Shown here: one piece after another, positions 1-15,517 of the stretch | Layout: the number at the start of each line of letters is the position of its first letter | Position numbering within the stretch: position 1 is the first letter of the stretch | Source: the human T2T-CHM13v2.0 reference genome, Homo sapiens | Assembly: GCF_009914755.1 (NCBI RefSeq) | Contig: NC_060928.1 | Strand: one strand, 5' to 3' | Length of the DNA stretch: 64,000 bases | The notes under the pieces: generated by a model | The model's database searches: none | What the model was told of the DNA's origin: nothing | Seen by the model: only the letters and a program-made list of their open reading frames with translations | Position numbers and translations under genes: made by a program

Positions 1-3000
1 CTCAATGTCATCCTTTTCATGTGCTTCAGTTTTGTTTGAACCATATCTTAAAGAACTCTAAAACCTGACATTTTACTGCATTATTTCTTGTTCAAAACGA
101 AAAGCAAGAAATAAAACATTGTACTAGAAAAAGTAAATGTGAAAGAGTAATCATAGCTGAATTAAATAACATAAAAATGTAATTTAATTTAAATGAAAAG
201 AGTAATGTGATTATCTGAATATTATCTGTTTGACTCAAAATAACTGGTAATTTCTTTATTGTACATGGATAGCTACAGTGAAGATATATCAGCAGATTTA
301 CAACTCAACTAAAAAGATACAAAATATTAACTCGGTTGGATTCACAATGAATATTTTTTACAGCCTCTGATCATTGTGAAGATAGAGCATATCAGTGCCA
401 CCACTGATGCCCACCCAAAACTGCCTGCACAGCCACCATCACTAATTTTACATTTAAATTAATCTTGCTTTTATGGTCAAACAAAATAAAAAAGTGATGT
501 GTATATAAAATAAGCATTTAGCCACATTCACAGAAAATTTCCAAAATGTTTTACCATTATTTTATGTATGTATTCTCAAAGATAAAATTATTTATTTAAT
601 GGTATTGCTTTGTTAAGCCACAGTAGAATGCTTTCAGAGTTTCTGTTAAGTTATATACTCCTGTATTTGAAGTTTTATCATTTTAATAACAGTGGCATCA
701 AGAAAAATTTCATAAATTCATAAAGTAAGATGCTATAATAAAATATATAATGTGCCCTTTTCCTTTGACAGAAAAATAATATATCCACTTAATGATACAA
801 AGAATTAAAAACCTCAATGTACATTATCTTTTTCTTCACCAAAATTTTATGAGAACTAGCTAATGCTATATATGATTGATTCAAAATATTGCAGTCTACT
901 GTATTAAATATATGTATTAATAGGCCATGCAATGTACACTTTCAATTCATGTAAGAAAATGCTTAAATTCTCACAATGAGCTCTGCCCCTCTCTTGTGGT
1001 GTATTCATTACATCGTATCTTAACTTCTGACATATTTCTTCATGCATTTTAATTCATATTTGGGAGTGTTTTTACTAATGAGGAAACGGAGTAATCTCTG
1101 CAACCACATAATTGACTTGTTTAGGGTAAAGTAAGTGTGATTTACCATTATCAGCAAACCCAGAATCATATGTAAGACAGAAAAAAAAGTACCTATATAT
1201 GCATATATATTCGCTTATATTTGTATACCATAGCTGTCTCTTAAGAGAATACTGGATCCTGTGAGATGGACAATCCTGTTTTACTGAACACTTTGATGAG
1301 TTAGCATAAGGACCTCTGAGAGAAGAAGCAAGAGCTATTTTACTTTGCATAATAAAACTCAAGAGTCAAATCTGCAATGTGGAGTGTTTCTAAATTATGT
1401 GTTATTAGTGCTCCATTGATTTCTTCAGTAAAAATTTGTTGTAGAATGAGTCTGTTTAGTGTCTTTATTAAATTACAGAGCTTAGAGTCTACCAATAATA
1501 CCTATAAAAACTCTTCCTTTTTAAAATAATTACATATACATATATTAAAAATAACTTGTTCTTTAAATCAAATCGCATTGACCCATACATCAAGAACATT
1601 ACATAGCAAATGTGGGCTAGCAACATGACTAATAAGACATTCTGTGAAAAGAGGTGCAGGTCTATTTTGTTCTTCCACTTTGGACACAAGACTCCTTTCT
1701 TACAAGTGTCAGAGCAGAGCACAGTTAACACAGAACAAAGACCAAGAAGGGAAGCAGACAGGGTTCTCTAACTCAAGAAATAATAAAGGTAACACACTGA
1801 ATAGCACTCTGTTTTTTCTATCTAAGCATTTTACACTCAACGTGTGGCCTGTATTAATATGCTAAAGAAGATTGAAAGTATTGCTTAAAATAAAAGCCAA
1901 TCAGGTAACCATAATGAAAAAAAGAGAGTGGCATTATAGATCAAAGCTTGACAGTTATAGTGTGTTTACTTCATTAGAAATAAGATTAAGAAAGTTATCC
2001 AGTGTTTATGTTATGTAGATGAAGCTTTGCACCCATGTAAGAATGCTGGGTGGTTTGCTAACAATGGTTTGCACATATATACACACAGGCATATATAAAA
2101 GTATACGTATATACTTTGTTTGACAAACAATTTATGAATATCTTCTGTTTTCAGATAGTGAAGTAGCTCTGGGAATCTAACGATCCCATGAGATAATAGG
2201 TTCTGAAAATACAGAGTTTGTGTTTGTTTGGAGTGGAGAGGGGGAGTAAAAAAGGTAAAGAAACTGTGGAAAGGGAAGGTCACAATTTCAGAACTTATGC
2301 GTATTTCAATATTCACTTTTTGAGAGAGTGTAGACAGAGTTGGCTTCCTGGGATATTTGGAATTCTTTGTTAGTTTATTTCTCTTTGTGGGAGGAATTAG
2401 CATGTGAGGATGAAAGGAGTTAAAAGGCACCTCACTGAATTGTGACTTTTGTGAGATTTTCATCTACAAAACATTTTTTGAAACAATTTTAATTGCAGTT
2501 CATCATCCCAAGATTTTACTTTTCTCTAAATGCCATGGAACAGCAGGTATTTTCAATTTCTGCTGTGCTGGGATTTCAACGTAACCACAGCATTTTAGTG
2601 CTAAAATTGTATCTCCATACACCTGGCCTGTCCATGAATCAAGTCATAAGATGAGTTGTCTTGATATATGGTTAGCCATATATATAATTTTTGCTTTAAC
2701 GGATTTGATAAAATATGGGGGAGAATGATATACTTTCACTTTCACAGAATGTTTATTTTTCCCTTGGAGGAGTTTTAAGGAAACATATATCAAACTCAAT
2801 CCCTTCTTAATCATTTCCTTGCTGAATTTATGCCAAAATGAGTGCTATAGACCACTCTCCAGACTGCCGGAGCGGTGTCCGCTACTTACTCTCTCATTTT
2901 ACTTCATCCGTGTAGTAGAGCCATAGCCATTGGCTATGCAGGGATTACTGCTGATCGGAAACAAGATAAATCCTTAGCCCCTTACTACCCCCATTTGGCT

Positions 3001-4970
3001 CCAAGTACTCTTACACTCTTAGCACTTATTTCACTGTTGAGGATCCTAAAGGAGTGCCTTCCAGCTACCCTTGTCCTTTCCAGTCCATTCAAATTGAAGA
3101 GTAACACTGAGGTCCACTTCATTGAATTCCTGATTTACCCTAGGGTATTCAAGTCCAAACCAGTATCATCTTGGGGTGTGGTGCTGGGGAGGGGAGGCAT
3201 GTTATAACAAAACCTTTTGAACACTAGTTGTTTGTTTACTTGTTTCATTTAGCAGGTCAAGCCATGCCAAATGAAGCAAGCTAACAGAGGAGGAAAAAGC
3301 TGTGGGAACTGGCATTTTCAGGATTTTATATAAATGCCTGTTGCTTAAAGTCTCCCTGTCAGTGTGATTTAGAAATATCTCTATTCATCTTACTGCTTAT
3401 CATGTAATCACTGACTGAAATAAATACACTTGCATGCACACATACACACACACCCTCCCAAGTACAAACATTCATTTTAAGACACTACATAATCAACCAA
3501 TGAACCCCTAGACAAAAATGGCAATAATAAGTATATCAATTTCCTAACTGCTGCATTTTCCTCTCAAGAAATAAGAGCAATTTAAAGATTGATTTCTATA
3601 AAAATATAACTCAAAAAATGAGAAAAGTGGTTTGAAATTCCAAACAATATAATCAAATGGTAGTTTGGGTTGGAGGGGATAGTTTCAAGAGTAGGTAAGC
3701 CTTTCAAGACATCTCAAATAGCATCACCCAAGTTTATGCCTTCTCTTATTACTCACAGGCCTAGCCCTGGAGTGGCTATATAAATCATAAGTCATCTCCT
3801 TGAATTTACTCTAAGTGCCCTGTATGCCAATTGACATCAGCATGTTTCAGCTAGATTGGATTAAATCTGTTTGTAGTTGAACTCTAACTGGGAGAGATAG
3901 GAGAAGAAATGGGAAAGGAATGATTTGCAGGTGCTACAAAGTGCAGGTTATACATAATACATCTTTTTTTTTTCATCAAATGGCACTTGTTTTAAATTGT
4001 ATCAAAGGTATTATTTTAGTCAGTGAGAACCTTAAAGGATTTCTACTTATAACACCAAATAACCCAAATGTTAGCTGTTCCCTTGCAATCTAGGTGAAGA
4101 TATCTTGCTGTTATTCTCTTGCCAACACATCTTATTCGTGCTACGTCAAAAGCTCTAGGAAAGACTTCTGCTAATTCTTGCATTTGTGGTAGATTACACT
4201 TTGTGGCCTTCCTGGTATCCTGCACTCAGATTTCTTACATTTCCCTGCTCTGCACCACGTTGGTCTCCGTGTAGTTCTCACTTTCATCCCCCTTCTGCCC
4301 CAAACAAATAATTCTCAGGAAGGATTAATGAAGATTTTTTGAGGGAGGTTTCATGGAAAAATTTCATGGAAATTACTCATTGCTTAATGTCTGCTACCTC
4401 CTTAGCTTCTCCTCTTCTTTTCTCAATTCTCCTTACCTTTCTAGAATCTTTACATATAAAAGAAAATATAACATGTAACTGCCAGACCTATTGATCTTAA
4501 TTTATTATGCAAATTCTAGTTGCACCTGCACAGCAAGCTGCAATGTTCACACATAAGAAACTGATATTTAAATTTTTCTCTCTTCACAATGGCAGCAAAA
4601 ATAAAACAATTGATTATGTAAATCCTCATGCTTTATGAGAATTACTTGTTTTGAAGTTTAACACAAGCATTTCGAAAACTGTTTCACCAAATCTCCTATG
4701 CATTAGCCATGTAATTTTTAAAAAGTTAACAATAGTAGAATTACAATATTATTCAAATATTCAAGTATATCTATTTACATGTAATGATATTGTAATTTCA
4801 ATTTAATATAACAACTGAGTTGTATAACTTATTTTTTTGGATACAAATTACACATAGAATAATGAAGCGTTGCTTTATATTTGTTTATAATTGATTTTAG
4901 AAGGTAATGTATTATCATTTCAAATTTTATTAGACATAATTGACTATTACGAGAATTACATTCATCTTCA

Positions 4971-5272
4971 TTTTTTTTTTTTTTTTTTTGAGACAGAGTC
5001 TCACTCTGTTGCCCAGACTAGAGTGCAGTGGCACGATCTCGGCTTACTGCAAGATCCACCCTCCCAGGTTCATGGCATTCTCCTGCCTCTGCCTCCTGAG
5101 TAGCTGGGACTACAGGCGCCCACCACCACGCCTGGCTAATTTTTATGCATTTTCAGTAGAGACGAGGTTTCACCGTGTTAGCCAGGATGGTCTCGATCTC
5201 CTGACCTCGTGATCTGCCCGCCTCGGCCTCCCAAAGTGCTGGGATTACAGGCATGAGCCACTGAGCCCGGCC
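4971..5272 (-). mobile_element. Alu (AluY-like), full length
   Basis: Poly-T followed by the reverse Alu consensus. TSD cattcatcttcatttt on both sides. Confidence 0.95.
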
Positions 5273-6412
5273 CATTCATCTTCATTTTTAACAGCCACTT
5301 TTAATTTTACCTATCTGTATATTTTTATTTATAAAAATAAAAATCTAAATTGAAATTCATCCTATAACAAATTTATATTTCTTATGTCATTCCAAAATAT
5401 ACTCCTTTTGCACTCCATAATCTCTTCAACTTTAAAACTATGGTTTCCATAATTTATTAATTTCTTGCTTAAGTTTAAATTTTTTAAAGAAAAATTTTTA
5501 CTAACTTCAAGTCTGAGAATGTGTCTTAAATGGTATTCTTAAATTCTTCAGTCATGATTTACTTTATGACACTGCATGCTTATCTGATATGCTTAAAGAC
5601 TAAAGAAGCCTGAAAATTACAGGCACAGAAACAGAAAAACTGGAGGAAAAATGAGAGGAAGCCAGGCAGGGAAAAGTACAGACTTTTAGGAAAATTGCAA
5701 ATAATCAACAGGGAGCCAGTTTCCCAGTAGAGATTACGAAGTCTGGACAACAACTAGTGAGCAACTGAATACTCAAACATTATTTTATTCCAGTCCTTAG
5801 AAAGAAATGAAGTAAGTTGGTTAAGGTCACCAGAGTCAATGGTGAATGATGTTGCTGGGATATTCAGGCTTAGATCTGTCTGACAGCAGATGTAAATTCT
5901 TATTACTGTAGTTACTGGTTCCACAAATTTGTGTACTCTGAACACAGCATTTGCTTAATGCTGATAATGTGTTGGAGGCTGAGAAATCCATATATAGGAA
6001 ACACAGTTCTTCCCTCAGTACCAGCTAGTCTGGTTTAGGAAATAGTGTAGCACTTTCTTCCTTCTTTACTTCCATTCCTATGAGAAACATAAATTAAGTG
6101 TCCAGTGGTTTTTAGGCACTAAGAATATAAAAGCCTGACACGTGTCAAGAAGCTTTTCAGACACTGAAGATATAAATTATTTGAAATAAGTGTACCAGCA
6201 TGAGAGAAAAGCAGATTAATGTGATGTAGAGTCAGAGAAAGAAAACTAATATTAATTCAACACATGTTTCAGACCCTCTGCCTGGCATGGAAAACTTCTA
6301 TTGAGCCCAACAGTTAGAATGTAGTGTCAAATTCTGAAAAACACAATTCATAACGATTCAATCTCAGCAGCACATATTTAACTACATGCTGAATTTGCTT
6401 AGAAATATACTA

Positions 6413-6785
<373 letters not shown>

Positions 6786-7821
6786 TCATTATGTTAAAAC
6801 TACCTTACATAGTTAACAGTTTATTTTTGGAAACGCATGTTAATTTTTACTTCTCGCATTCACTGTAGTAAAATGAGTAATTACTTTGAACTGCACCAAG
6901 AAATTTGATGATCATTCATGTTCATTAAAATGGGATTCTACATGCAGGTAGAATTGCTATAATTTAATTTTTATTCTTACTAAATTACTCTTACTAAATT
7001 AAATACGTATAAATAAAGTAGTGACAAAATACCCATGCATTTCACTGCACATTCCTCAAAGGAATAAAATGATGCTTAAAAATATCCTCAGTTATACTTT
7101 TTACTCTTTTTCATAATATATAGAACTAAAATAAATGTGTGCCTTATAGTTCTTCACAATAGTTAGATGTTTTTCAAATTAGTATTAGCTCCAACTCCAG
7201 CTCTGAGGTAATCATTTAGAACCCAAAGAGATGCTGTGGTCTGACAACATATAAATTATATCTACAAACACAGAATTACAAATAGCACTTACTGCATGCC
7301 ACCAAAGTCTATACTCTTGACCCCGGTAGGTATTTTAACATAATGATAACTTTACATATTATAGGGTGAAACCACTCCCAACTATACACAATTATACCTA
7401 GTAGTGTCATACACACTAAAATTTTTCTCAAAGAAATTGTATTAATAGTACATTTTTAAAAAATAAGCAAGGTTGATAATAGCATATTAAATACAGTAAT
7501 AGGGAATAGGCAAGTGAGATAAAAACAAAGGTTACATATCTAATTATTGGTTATTAATACTTTGTCAATAACTTGAAAATAACAAAAGAATATTTATTAG
7601 TCATAACACCAATTGCCAATTACATTAAATTTTATCCTCATTAAATATGTATAAGAACTTCATATATTTTTCAGACAGCATCTTAAGTGGTACCATTTCA
7701 GTTCAACTCTGATTTTTAAGTCCCTGAGCTATTACAATCAGAACCTAAAAAACTGTTAATTTCATCAGATATTCTGTAGTTTCAATAATTTGTTTTCCAC
7801 AAAATGTGTAATAATAATAAT

Positions 7822-8116
7822 TACTATTATTATTTTTTGACAGGGTCTGGCTCTGTTGCCGAGGCTGGAGCACAAGGTGTGACCTCAGCTCACTGCAACC
7901 TCCACCTCTCAGGATCAAGCAATCCTCCCGCCTCATCCTCACGAGCAGCTGGGACTACAGACATGCGCCACCATGTCGGCTAATTTTTGTAATTTTAATA
8001 GAGACAGGGTTTTGCCATGTTGCCCAGGCTGGTTTCGAACTCCTGTACTCAAGCTACACCTCTGCCTTAGCCTCCCACAATGCTGGGATTACATGGGAGA
8101 GCTACCATGCCCAGCC
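7822..8116 (-). mobile_element. Alu (AluJ-like, diverged)
   Basis: Reverse Alu dimer with a degenerate (TAT)n tail. Confidence 0.9.
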
Positions 8117-9225
8117 TGCACATTATGTTATTTAATCACTTTTTTGCTGAGCACATAATAGGCATTCTGAAAATAATGGCTAATTGATTGACAAATATAT
8201 CAAACTTTGAAAATATGCTTGGCTTTGCAAGGAATAATTTATTCTATCTTTGACTATGAGTTATAATTCTGATTTATTAATCCCCGTTTTTATTTTTGCA
8301 AAGTTGAATTATGCAGTCTTTCATAATTCTCACAACTGCAATTTTTAGATGATATAATTTTTAATTTAAATAAGGAAACAAATACGCACAATAATCCAAT
8401 AATGGCTCATATAACATAGCTGGAGCAGTTTCCACACATCAGAATTCACTTGAGTAAAAGGACAAAATCTTTGTTTCAGATTCATTTTTAACATTGCTAA
8501 GCAAATATTTTTAAATTGTTTCAACAGATTTTAAAGATACATAATACTAAATATCATGATATCCCAACCTTCTCCTCATTTTAGCATTTAAACCTCTTCT
8601 ATAAAGCTTTGCAGTTTTATAACTAGAAGTTAATATTACTTTTCCGCCTCTTGTAAATACATCAAGAGATAAAACACACTAACATCTTTTCTCAAAGTGC
8701 AGACCTGAAACATTTCATTTCAACTTCTTGTATTTCCTAATACAATTTTATATTAATTACAATATGATCAAAAAATGATGAGAGTGAACAAAATATTTAC
8801 ATTGAATATATTTCTATGACTGTGGCTGCTTCTCCATACCAAGTTTCAGTTAACATTCTCTCCATTTGAGAAGTGATTTTATCTTTTAAATTAGTTATCT
8901 TTGGGGGAAATGCCAGCATTTTGTAAGAGCCCAGTAAGAAAAATCTTAATGACAATTTGCAAAAACATCGTTAAAGTGATTTTTAAAAATAAAACTGTAT
9001 TTTCACAAATTCACACCTCTGTTAGGCATAAAGAGAAACATTTTATGGGAAATTCATCACTAGTGTTGATAAACAAAGGTTCAGTAAGCAGATATGACAA
9101 AGCTAAAGCAAGTTCAATTGTACATGTGTATTTGTTTCATATCTAAGTTTCTTTACGATTTCACATGGCTTTCTATTATAATAGAGACAAATCTTTAAAA
9201 AGTTGATCACTCAACTTAGCACTTA

Positions 9226-9351
<126 letters not shown>

Positions 9352-10904
9352 CTAAAGAGAACACACCTTGGTTAGACCTCAACAATGCAGTCACTTCATA
9401 GTATAAGCTTTAATTTTATTTAGAGATGAAATAAATGTTTCTGGCAGTTGTTTGCATAGACTTTATGCCATCCTCAAAATCAATATATTATTACACAAAT
9501 TACAATTCTGTGACTGTTTTGCTTATTTTCAATATAGAAACTTGTTTCTATAAAGAAAAAAATAGAAAAATATTTGCCTTGAACAATTTCAGCTTAAAAT
9601 ATAAAATAAATAGGCATGTAAGCAACTTCTTCATTACAAAAATCCTAATCTTCTTACAAAGAGAAAAATAAATGCAAACATACAAGTAATGTGTGATATT
9701 AGGACAAAATCCCTCCAGTATAACATAACTGGCAACATAGTTTTAAAAACTCCAAATAAATCATATGAAACATTTTAAATTTTTAAAATCTTGGAATACA
9801 TAAAACCATATTTTAAAACGTTTTCCTCCTATCATTGAAAAATAACCGGTTTACGTGTTTTAATAAAAGAGATTTCATCTTTAATAATGAATTGTTTTTT
9901 AAACTTTTATAGTCCTTTAAAGAAAAGGTCAACTACATTTAAACTAGTTTATTTCCCTAATTCCATTAGTTACCAAATCCTGTTAGTTCTTTCTTCAGAT
10001 CTGTTTACACCCCTGTAAACTTTCATTGTTCCTACTGCACAACCATTGTTCTGGTAGCCTTCTAAAGGGCCTTTTTCCTGCCTTTACTTTATCCACTTTT
10101 AAATACTTTCTACATATGGCCATCAAAGTAACTTCCTAAACTACTGACTAAGTTAAAGTAATTCTCCCTCAAGACTAAAACTTCTCCTTTGGTTTTTATG
10201 ACAAGATTTTATTTTATAATTTTTAGTTTTAGAGTTAGTTTGTTTTTCCTAAAGGGTAATTTTTCTTCATCTAAATGAATATACTTTCATTGAGTTCCAT
10301 CGGAATCCCTCCTGGCTGGGGCCCACTTCCTGAACAATAGCAAAATGGAAGGCTTCTATTTCAAGTTATTTCCTGGGAATATTTTATTCTCTAATTATTG
10401 TGCATTTGATAAGACATTAATTATATTCCAATTGTGAAATTTGTGGATTACAGATTCATTATAATTTTTAAGGCAGTATTTTGAAATTTTTGTAAGACAC
10501 ATATGACTTTTAAAAGTAAAATAAATAAATTATGATAAATCCTTGAGAATCCACCTGAGGACACTAATTGGAAAATATTGTCATATATCTAAAATTATGA
10601 CACCTAGTCTCTATTAATTATAAATATCTCAGAAAATACATATTTTGCTTTCGTATTTGACGAAGACGTATGGATAAAATTATAATAAAAATTAAAACAC
10701 AAAGAAAAAGATAAGTAGAATTTTCTGATCCTTGAGAACATGCTTCAGCATCGATTTCTCTTCCAGCTTAATCTTTTAACATGATGGCATGGGAAACACT
10801 ATAGCCACAATGAGGGCTTGCCCATATTTTTGGTTTTGTGAATTCAGTTTCTCCAAAGGAAGCATATCTTAACTTCCACTTCCTTTGTGAATGTTTCCTG
10901 ATAA

Positions 10905-11380
10905 TCTTTTGGGAGACAATTATCCATGAACATTTTGACATTTCTGCAGAGTCAGGTCTTTCATAGCAAAGAGCATTGGCAAACTTGGTTTAAGTCTAAT
11001 GGCATAGCAAAAATGCCTTGGAGACTAGTGATAGTGGCTTGCTCATGAGAGATTTAGAGAATTATCTCCTTTGAACCATTTACTGACATTCAAGGGAATT
11101 GACCTACTCTTCTTCTTCCAGGGGAAGATTTTCATACATTCTAGAGTAATGATGATTATCTCTCCAGACAGAGGATAGGCTGATATGCTAGCAGCCTAAA
11201 AAAACGTAGAGACTTATAATTCTAGGGTCCCACTTCTTTCGTGCAACTGTGCTGAACATTCAGGGTAGCATTAGGCTCTCCACGTGACCCAAAGTTGATT
11301 ATGGCTGAGGCATAAACACTAACATGATCCATGAGTGAGAAATGGCCTATTCTCTGATCCAGAGATCTTGTGTTTCCTAT
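10905..11380 (+). mobile_element. Degenerate ERV LTR (MER90-like)
   Basis: Begins tgggagacaattatccatg, resembling the MER90 LTR start as I recall it. LTR-like 3' end (tctctgatccagagatcttgtgtttc). Confidence 0.5.
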
Positions 11381-12047
11381 CATATTGTTTGCCAATCAAT
11401 GAATCAATCAATCTACCTATCTAATCAAGCTTATATCTATATTCATATAACATACACACATATAAACCTTATGTAAATAAATCTTCTTGTGTATACCTTT
11501 TTAAAGGATACTTCTCAATTCCTACACTTTATTTTATATTTTCACTTGTGACATTTACCTTCCACTCCCACCTGGCAAATATTTTTATAATTTACCATAT
11601 TCTATCAGCACAAAATATGTTTTATTAGGCATCCAGAGAAAAATAAAGAACCCATTTTTAGATGGTTGAATAATGTGTGGGAAGAATACCTCCAGAAGGC
11701 TGTTTTCTGTGTACAATGTCAAAGGAATTTGTCTAAACTATTTTGTGGTGGAATTGCAACGCTGGGAAAGTTGTTAATCTATCCAAGTAGCATGAATCAA
11801 AGGGGAGAGGAAGGGATCAATTCTGAAGAAAATTGTATAATAAAAATATATGCAGCTTTAGTTTTTTAAAAAAAAAGACATGAAAAAATTAAACTTTTAT
11901 GTTATACTAATCTTAAAGTTAATAGAGTATTAAAATAATTTATAAGAATATTTTCTAAAAAATCATATATATATTGACCTGTTTTATTTATCTTGCAAAG
12001 AGTATACTTAAATACAAAATCTCAATTAACAAGCACCTATTACCATA

Positions 12048-12522
12048 TTGTGATAGATGATTCTAAAAGTTGCCCACTGTGAAGATTGTGCTTTTTCAAT
12101 CAAGAGATTGGCTCTATCACTCCATCCTCTTGAATCTGGGCAGGCAATGTGACTTGCTTCGATGAATATGATGTAGCAAAATTGGCTTTATATGCATTTT
12201 GAAGCCCATACCTCAGCTGGTCTTGTAGCTTCCACTTTTGTAACATAAGACCATTATGCTGTGAAGATGCAGTGTGAGCGTCACATGCAGGGGACACAAG
12301 GCACCCAGCTGAGCACCATCACCATGCGACAGACATGAGGGTGAGGCCATTCTGAACCTTCCAACTCTAGCCAAGTTATCAGGTAACTGGAGCCCATGAG
12401 TGCTCCCAGATCACATCAGCAGAGCTGCCCAGGTAGCCAACTCACAGAATTCTGAGTCATCCTTTAATTTTAAGACCTCACATTCTGAGAGTGGATTGAT
12501 TTGCAAAATAAATAACCAAAAT
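12048..12522 (+). mobile_element. MaLR solo LTR (MLT1 family)
   Basis: tgtgatag... start, cctcttgaatctgggcagg..gtgacttgcttc and gtgaggccattctgaaccttcca, ending ...ataaccaaaatac. Confidence 0.75.
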
Positions 12523-13396
12523 ACTATAATATTTTTTCAATGTTTCAAATGACACATATTTCTAGTGAATATAAAATGATCCATCATTATGCTAGCTATA
12601 TTAAAATATTCTATTTACATAAAACTGTCATTTGTAAGTTAAATATTGCAATACTGAAAATAACTCAGAAACATTAAAAGTCTTGGTAGTGACAACTGAT
12701 TAAAATAAAATTATTTCATTTAAAAGAATTTATTTTAAAATGTCCAAAAGTTAATAATTTGGGGTCTTGTTAAGAGGGGGATATTCAAGGCAGTAGCAAA
12801 ATCGCAAAGCATTTTGAAAAATACTGTAATATAAAGCACATTTCCAGGGCCAAAAACTCCTTCCCATTTCCTTTCTGTTTCTGCTTAAACTTGTAAGGCT
12901 AAGGACTGCTCCAAAGGGTCATGACCAAAATGCAGATTTTCTTTTTCTGTATCTGTGAAGTTCTCACATAAACAACTTCAAGGCAGAGGCAAAATCCATA
13001 AGAATAACACCACTATTCTTCCTTTAGAAATAAGCCTCTCCTCAGATAACAGAATATTATCTGATTAGAGAAAAATGGAGAAGGCCCTGAAGCTTTTGCT
13101 GTCGAATTCTCTTTGTCTCTATTGTACTTGCCTTACCAAAATTGTTAAAAAGTAAATTATGACTTTCTTTTCCTCCTAATGGCATCAGCTTTGTCACTAT
13201 AGGTTATTCTTTTCGCATATAAATATAACCTTTAATACACATTATCTATGATTTTTCCCAGTCCAAAAGTACATGAATGCCAACTTTTTTTGCCTTTTTC
13301 TGTGCCTATCTAGTTATGATTAAAGCTGTAGTCCTCAGATGGAAAAATATCATGGTTAAATGATCACAAATATCCAATAAAATGTTGAAAGCTTTA

Positions 13397-13543
<147 letters not shown>

Positions 13544-14434
13544 CTACAATAAAGAAGAATTGAAAAAAATGTTTTAGACTAAACTATTAGTTTAAAGCTA
13601 GGCCAGAAATTATGAAGATTCTAATTTAGATGTCAGATTAAAAATTTAATTTGCCAAATATATAATTTCCTTAGCCCTTATTTGATATTTGAAAATATCA
13701 TACTTTACTCATGTATATTCATATACATGAATAAAGTATTATCTTTCTAAATTTTTTATCATATACAATTATGATCACAATTATCATATACATGATAAAT
13801 ATTTTGTTTATCATTTGCACAACTGTACACAGCTTTCAGTTCATTCATTACCTATGCACATTGTGAGGTGGGGAGAAGCTATTTAGAAACTCAAGATATA
13901 AAAGATTAATATATTCATTTTAATTAAGTGTTGAATACAGGTGAGAACTATGTTTACACTATTAGATTTATTTTATCCCAATTCTGATTACAAGATTTCA
14001 CTATCTGTAATGTTAAAATGCCAACAATCTGATATATGGCTGTAATTCTAACGAATGATCAGCTAGTTAAGTTTCCTTAATGAGAAATTCAAAACCACAG
14101 AAGAAAAAAGAATTCTTTTTTTATGCACCATGCTTGGTATGAAAATGTGTTTTTTTTGCTAATATTTATAATAATATGTATAATATTTATAATATTTAGC
14201 ATTTACTTAAAACAAAATTCTCAGAAAACAAAGTGATGCCAGGAAGTTATTTCACTCACCTTAATTTTATGCTATTCATATTACAAGCTAACACCACTTA
14301 AAATTAATTTCCAGGAGTAGGTACTTATATATTTTCTAACTATGTAGCATAAAACAAATTGTATCCAGTAAAGTAAACTTTATCCAACAGTGAAAGCATT
14401 TCTTCCCAAAGCTCTATTAAATATCCTTAGAGAA

Positions 14435-14571
14435 TTTTCTTTTTTTTCTTTTTTCTTTTCTTTTTTATTATTATTATTATACTTTAAGCTCTAGGGTACA
14501 TATGCACAACGTGCAGGTTTGTCACATATGTATACATGTGCCATGTTGGTGTGCTGCACCCGTTAACTTGT
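14435..14571 (-). mobile_element. Very short 3' end of a young L1PA LINE
   Basis: T-rich tail then attatactttaagctctagggtacatatgcacaacgtgcaggtttg...gtgtgctgcacc, the L1PA 3' terminus. Confidence 0.9.
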
Positions 14572-14994
14572 CTAAGTACTTATCCATAATGCAATGTTCT
14601 TCTCAGCACATTAGTAACAGGTAAACTATTGTTGTGGTTGGAAATATGGAAATGCATGTTTTAAATTAAATGTTAACAAGTCTCACTAAGGCATCTCTTT
14701 TCGAAAATAATGCCCTTCATTTTGCCTATTTAACATTCTCAGTATTCTTGGATTACTGGAATAATTATTGGATTTCGAAAGAAACTCACTTAACCATTTT
14801 TTATATTAGTGTCTTTACCCCTTTTTTCCTCGCTAAGAGAGTCACTATACTGTTTTGGGATCAGATGGGCAGCAATATCCTCAGGGAAGGTAGCTCACTT
14901 GGCAAGCACCACAGATCCAAGGAAATGACTGATTCTATTTCCTTTTGACTGATATTGAGTTTCCCAGCCTCTTCAGAGGCTTAAGAGTGGTCAC

Positions 14995-15030
14995 ATTGCA
15001 TACTCTGTATGTATTGCATACTCTGTATGT
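14995..15030. repeat. 18-bp tandem duplication (attgcatactctgtatgt x2)
   Basis: Exact direct repeat read from the sequence. Confidence 0.9.
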
Positions 15031-15099
15031 ATTGTAGTTTCTGTATTGTAAAGATTAGTATGATGCATGATTTCTGAGAATAATACTCCATTCCATCAA

Positions 15100-15517
15100 C
15101 AGAGATAACAGAAGGCTTCCTTCCACCACATGTTCTCTTATTTCCCGTTTCCAGTGCTGTCCTATGAGGATATTAAGCCTCTAGTTTCCAAAGTCATTTT
15201 GAGGCCATGAAGCTATTAGGTTAAGAGGAAAAGGCCGGGTGCGGTGGCTCACGCCTGTAGTCCCAGCACTTCAGGAGGCTGAGGCAGGCGGATCAGGAGG
15301 TCAGGAGATAGATACCACGGCGAAACCCCGTCTCGACTAAAAATACAAAAAAAAAAAAAAAAAAAAAAATTAGCCAGGAGCTGTGGCGGGCGCCTGTAGT
15401 CCCAGCTGCTCGGGAGGCTGAGGCAGGAGAATGGCATGAACCTGGGAGGCGGTCTTGCAGTGAGCAGAGATCACGCCATTGCACTCCAGCCTGGGTGACA
15501 GAGCAAGACTCCGTCTC

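Noticed and set aside
2011-2463. 150-aa minus-strand ORF
   Set aside because: Low-complexity composition, no recognisable homology and no ATG start. Compatible with chance.
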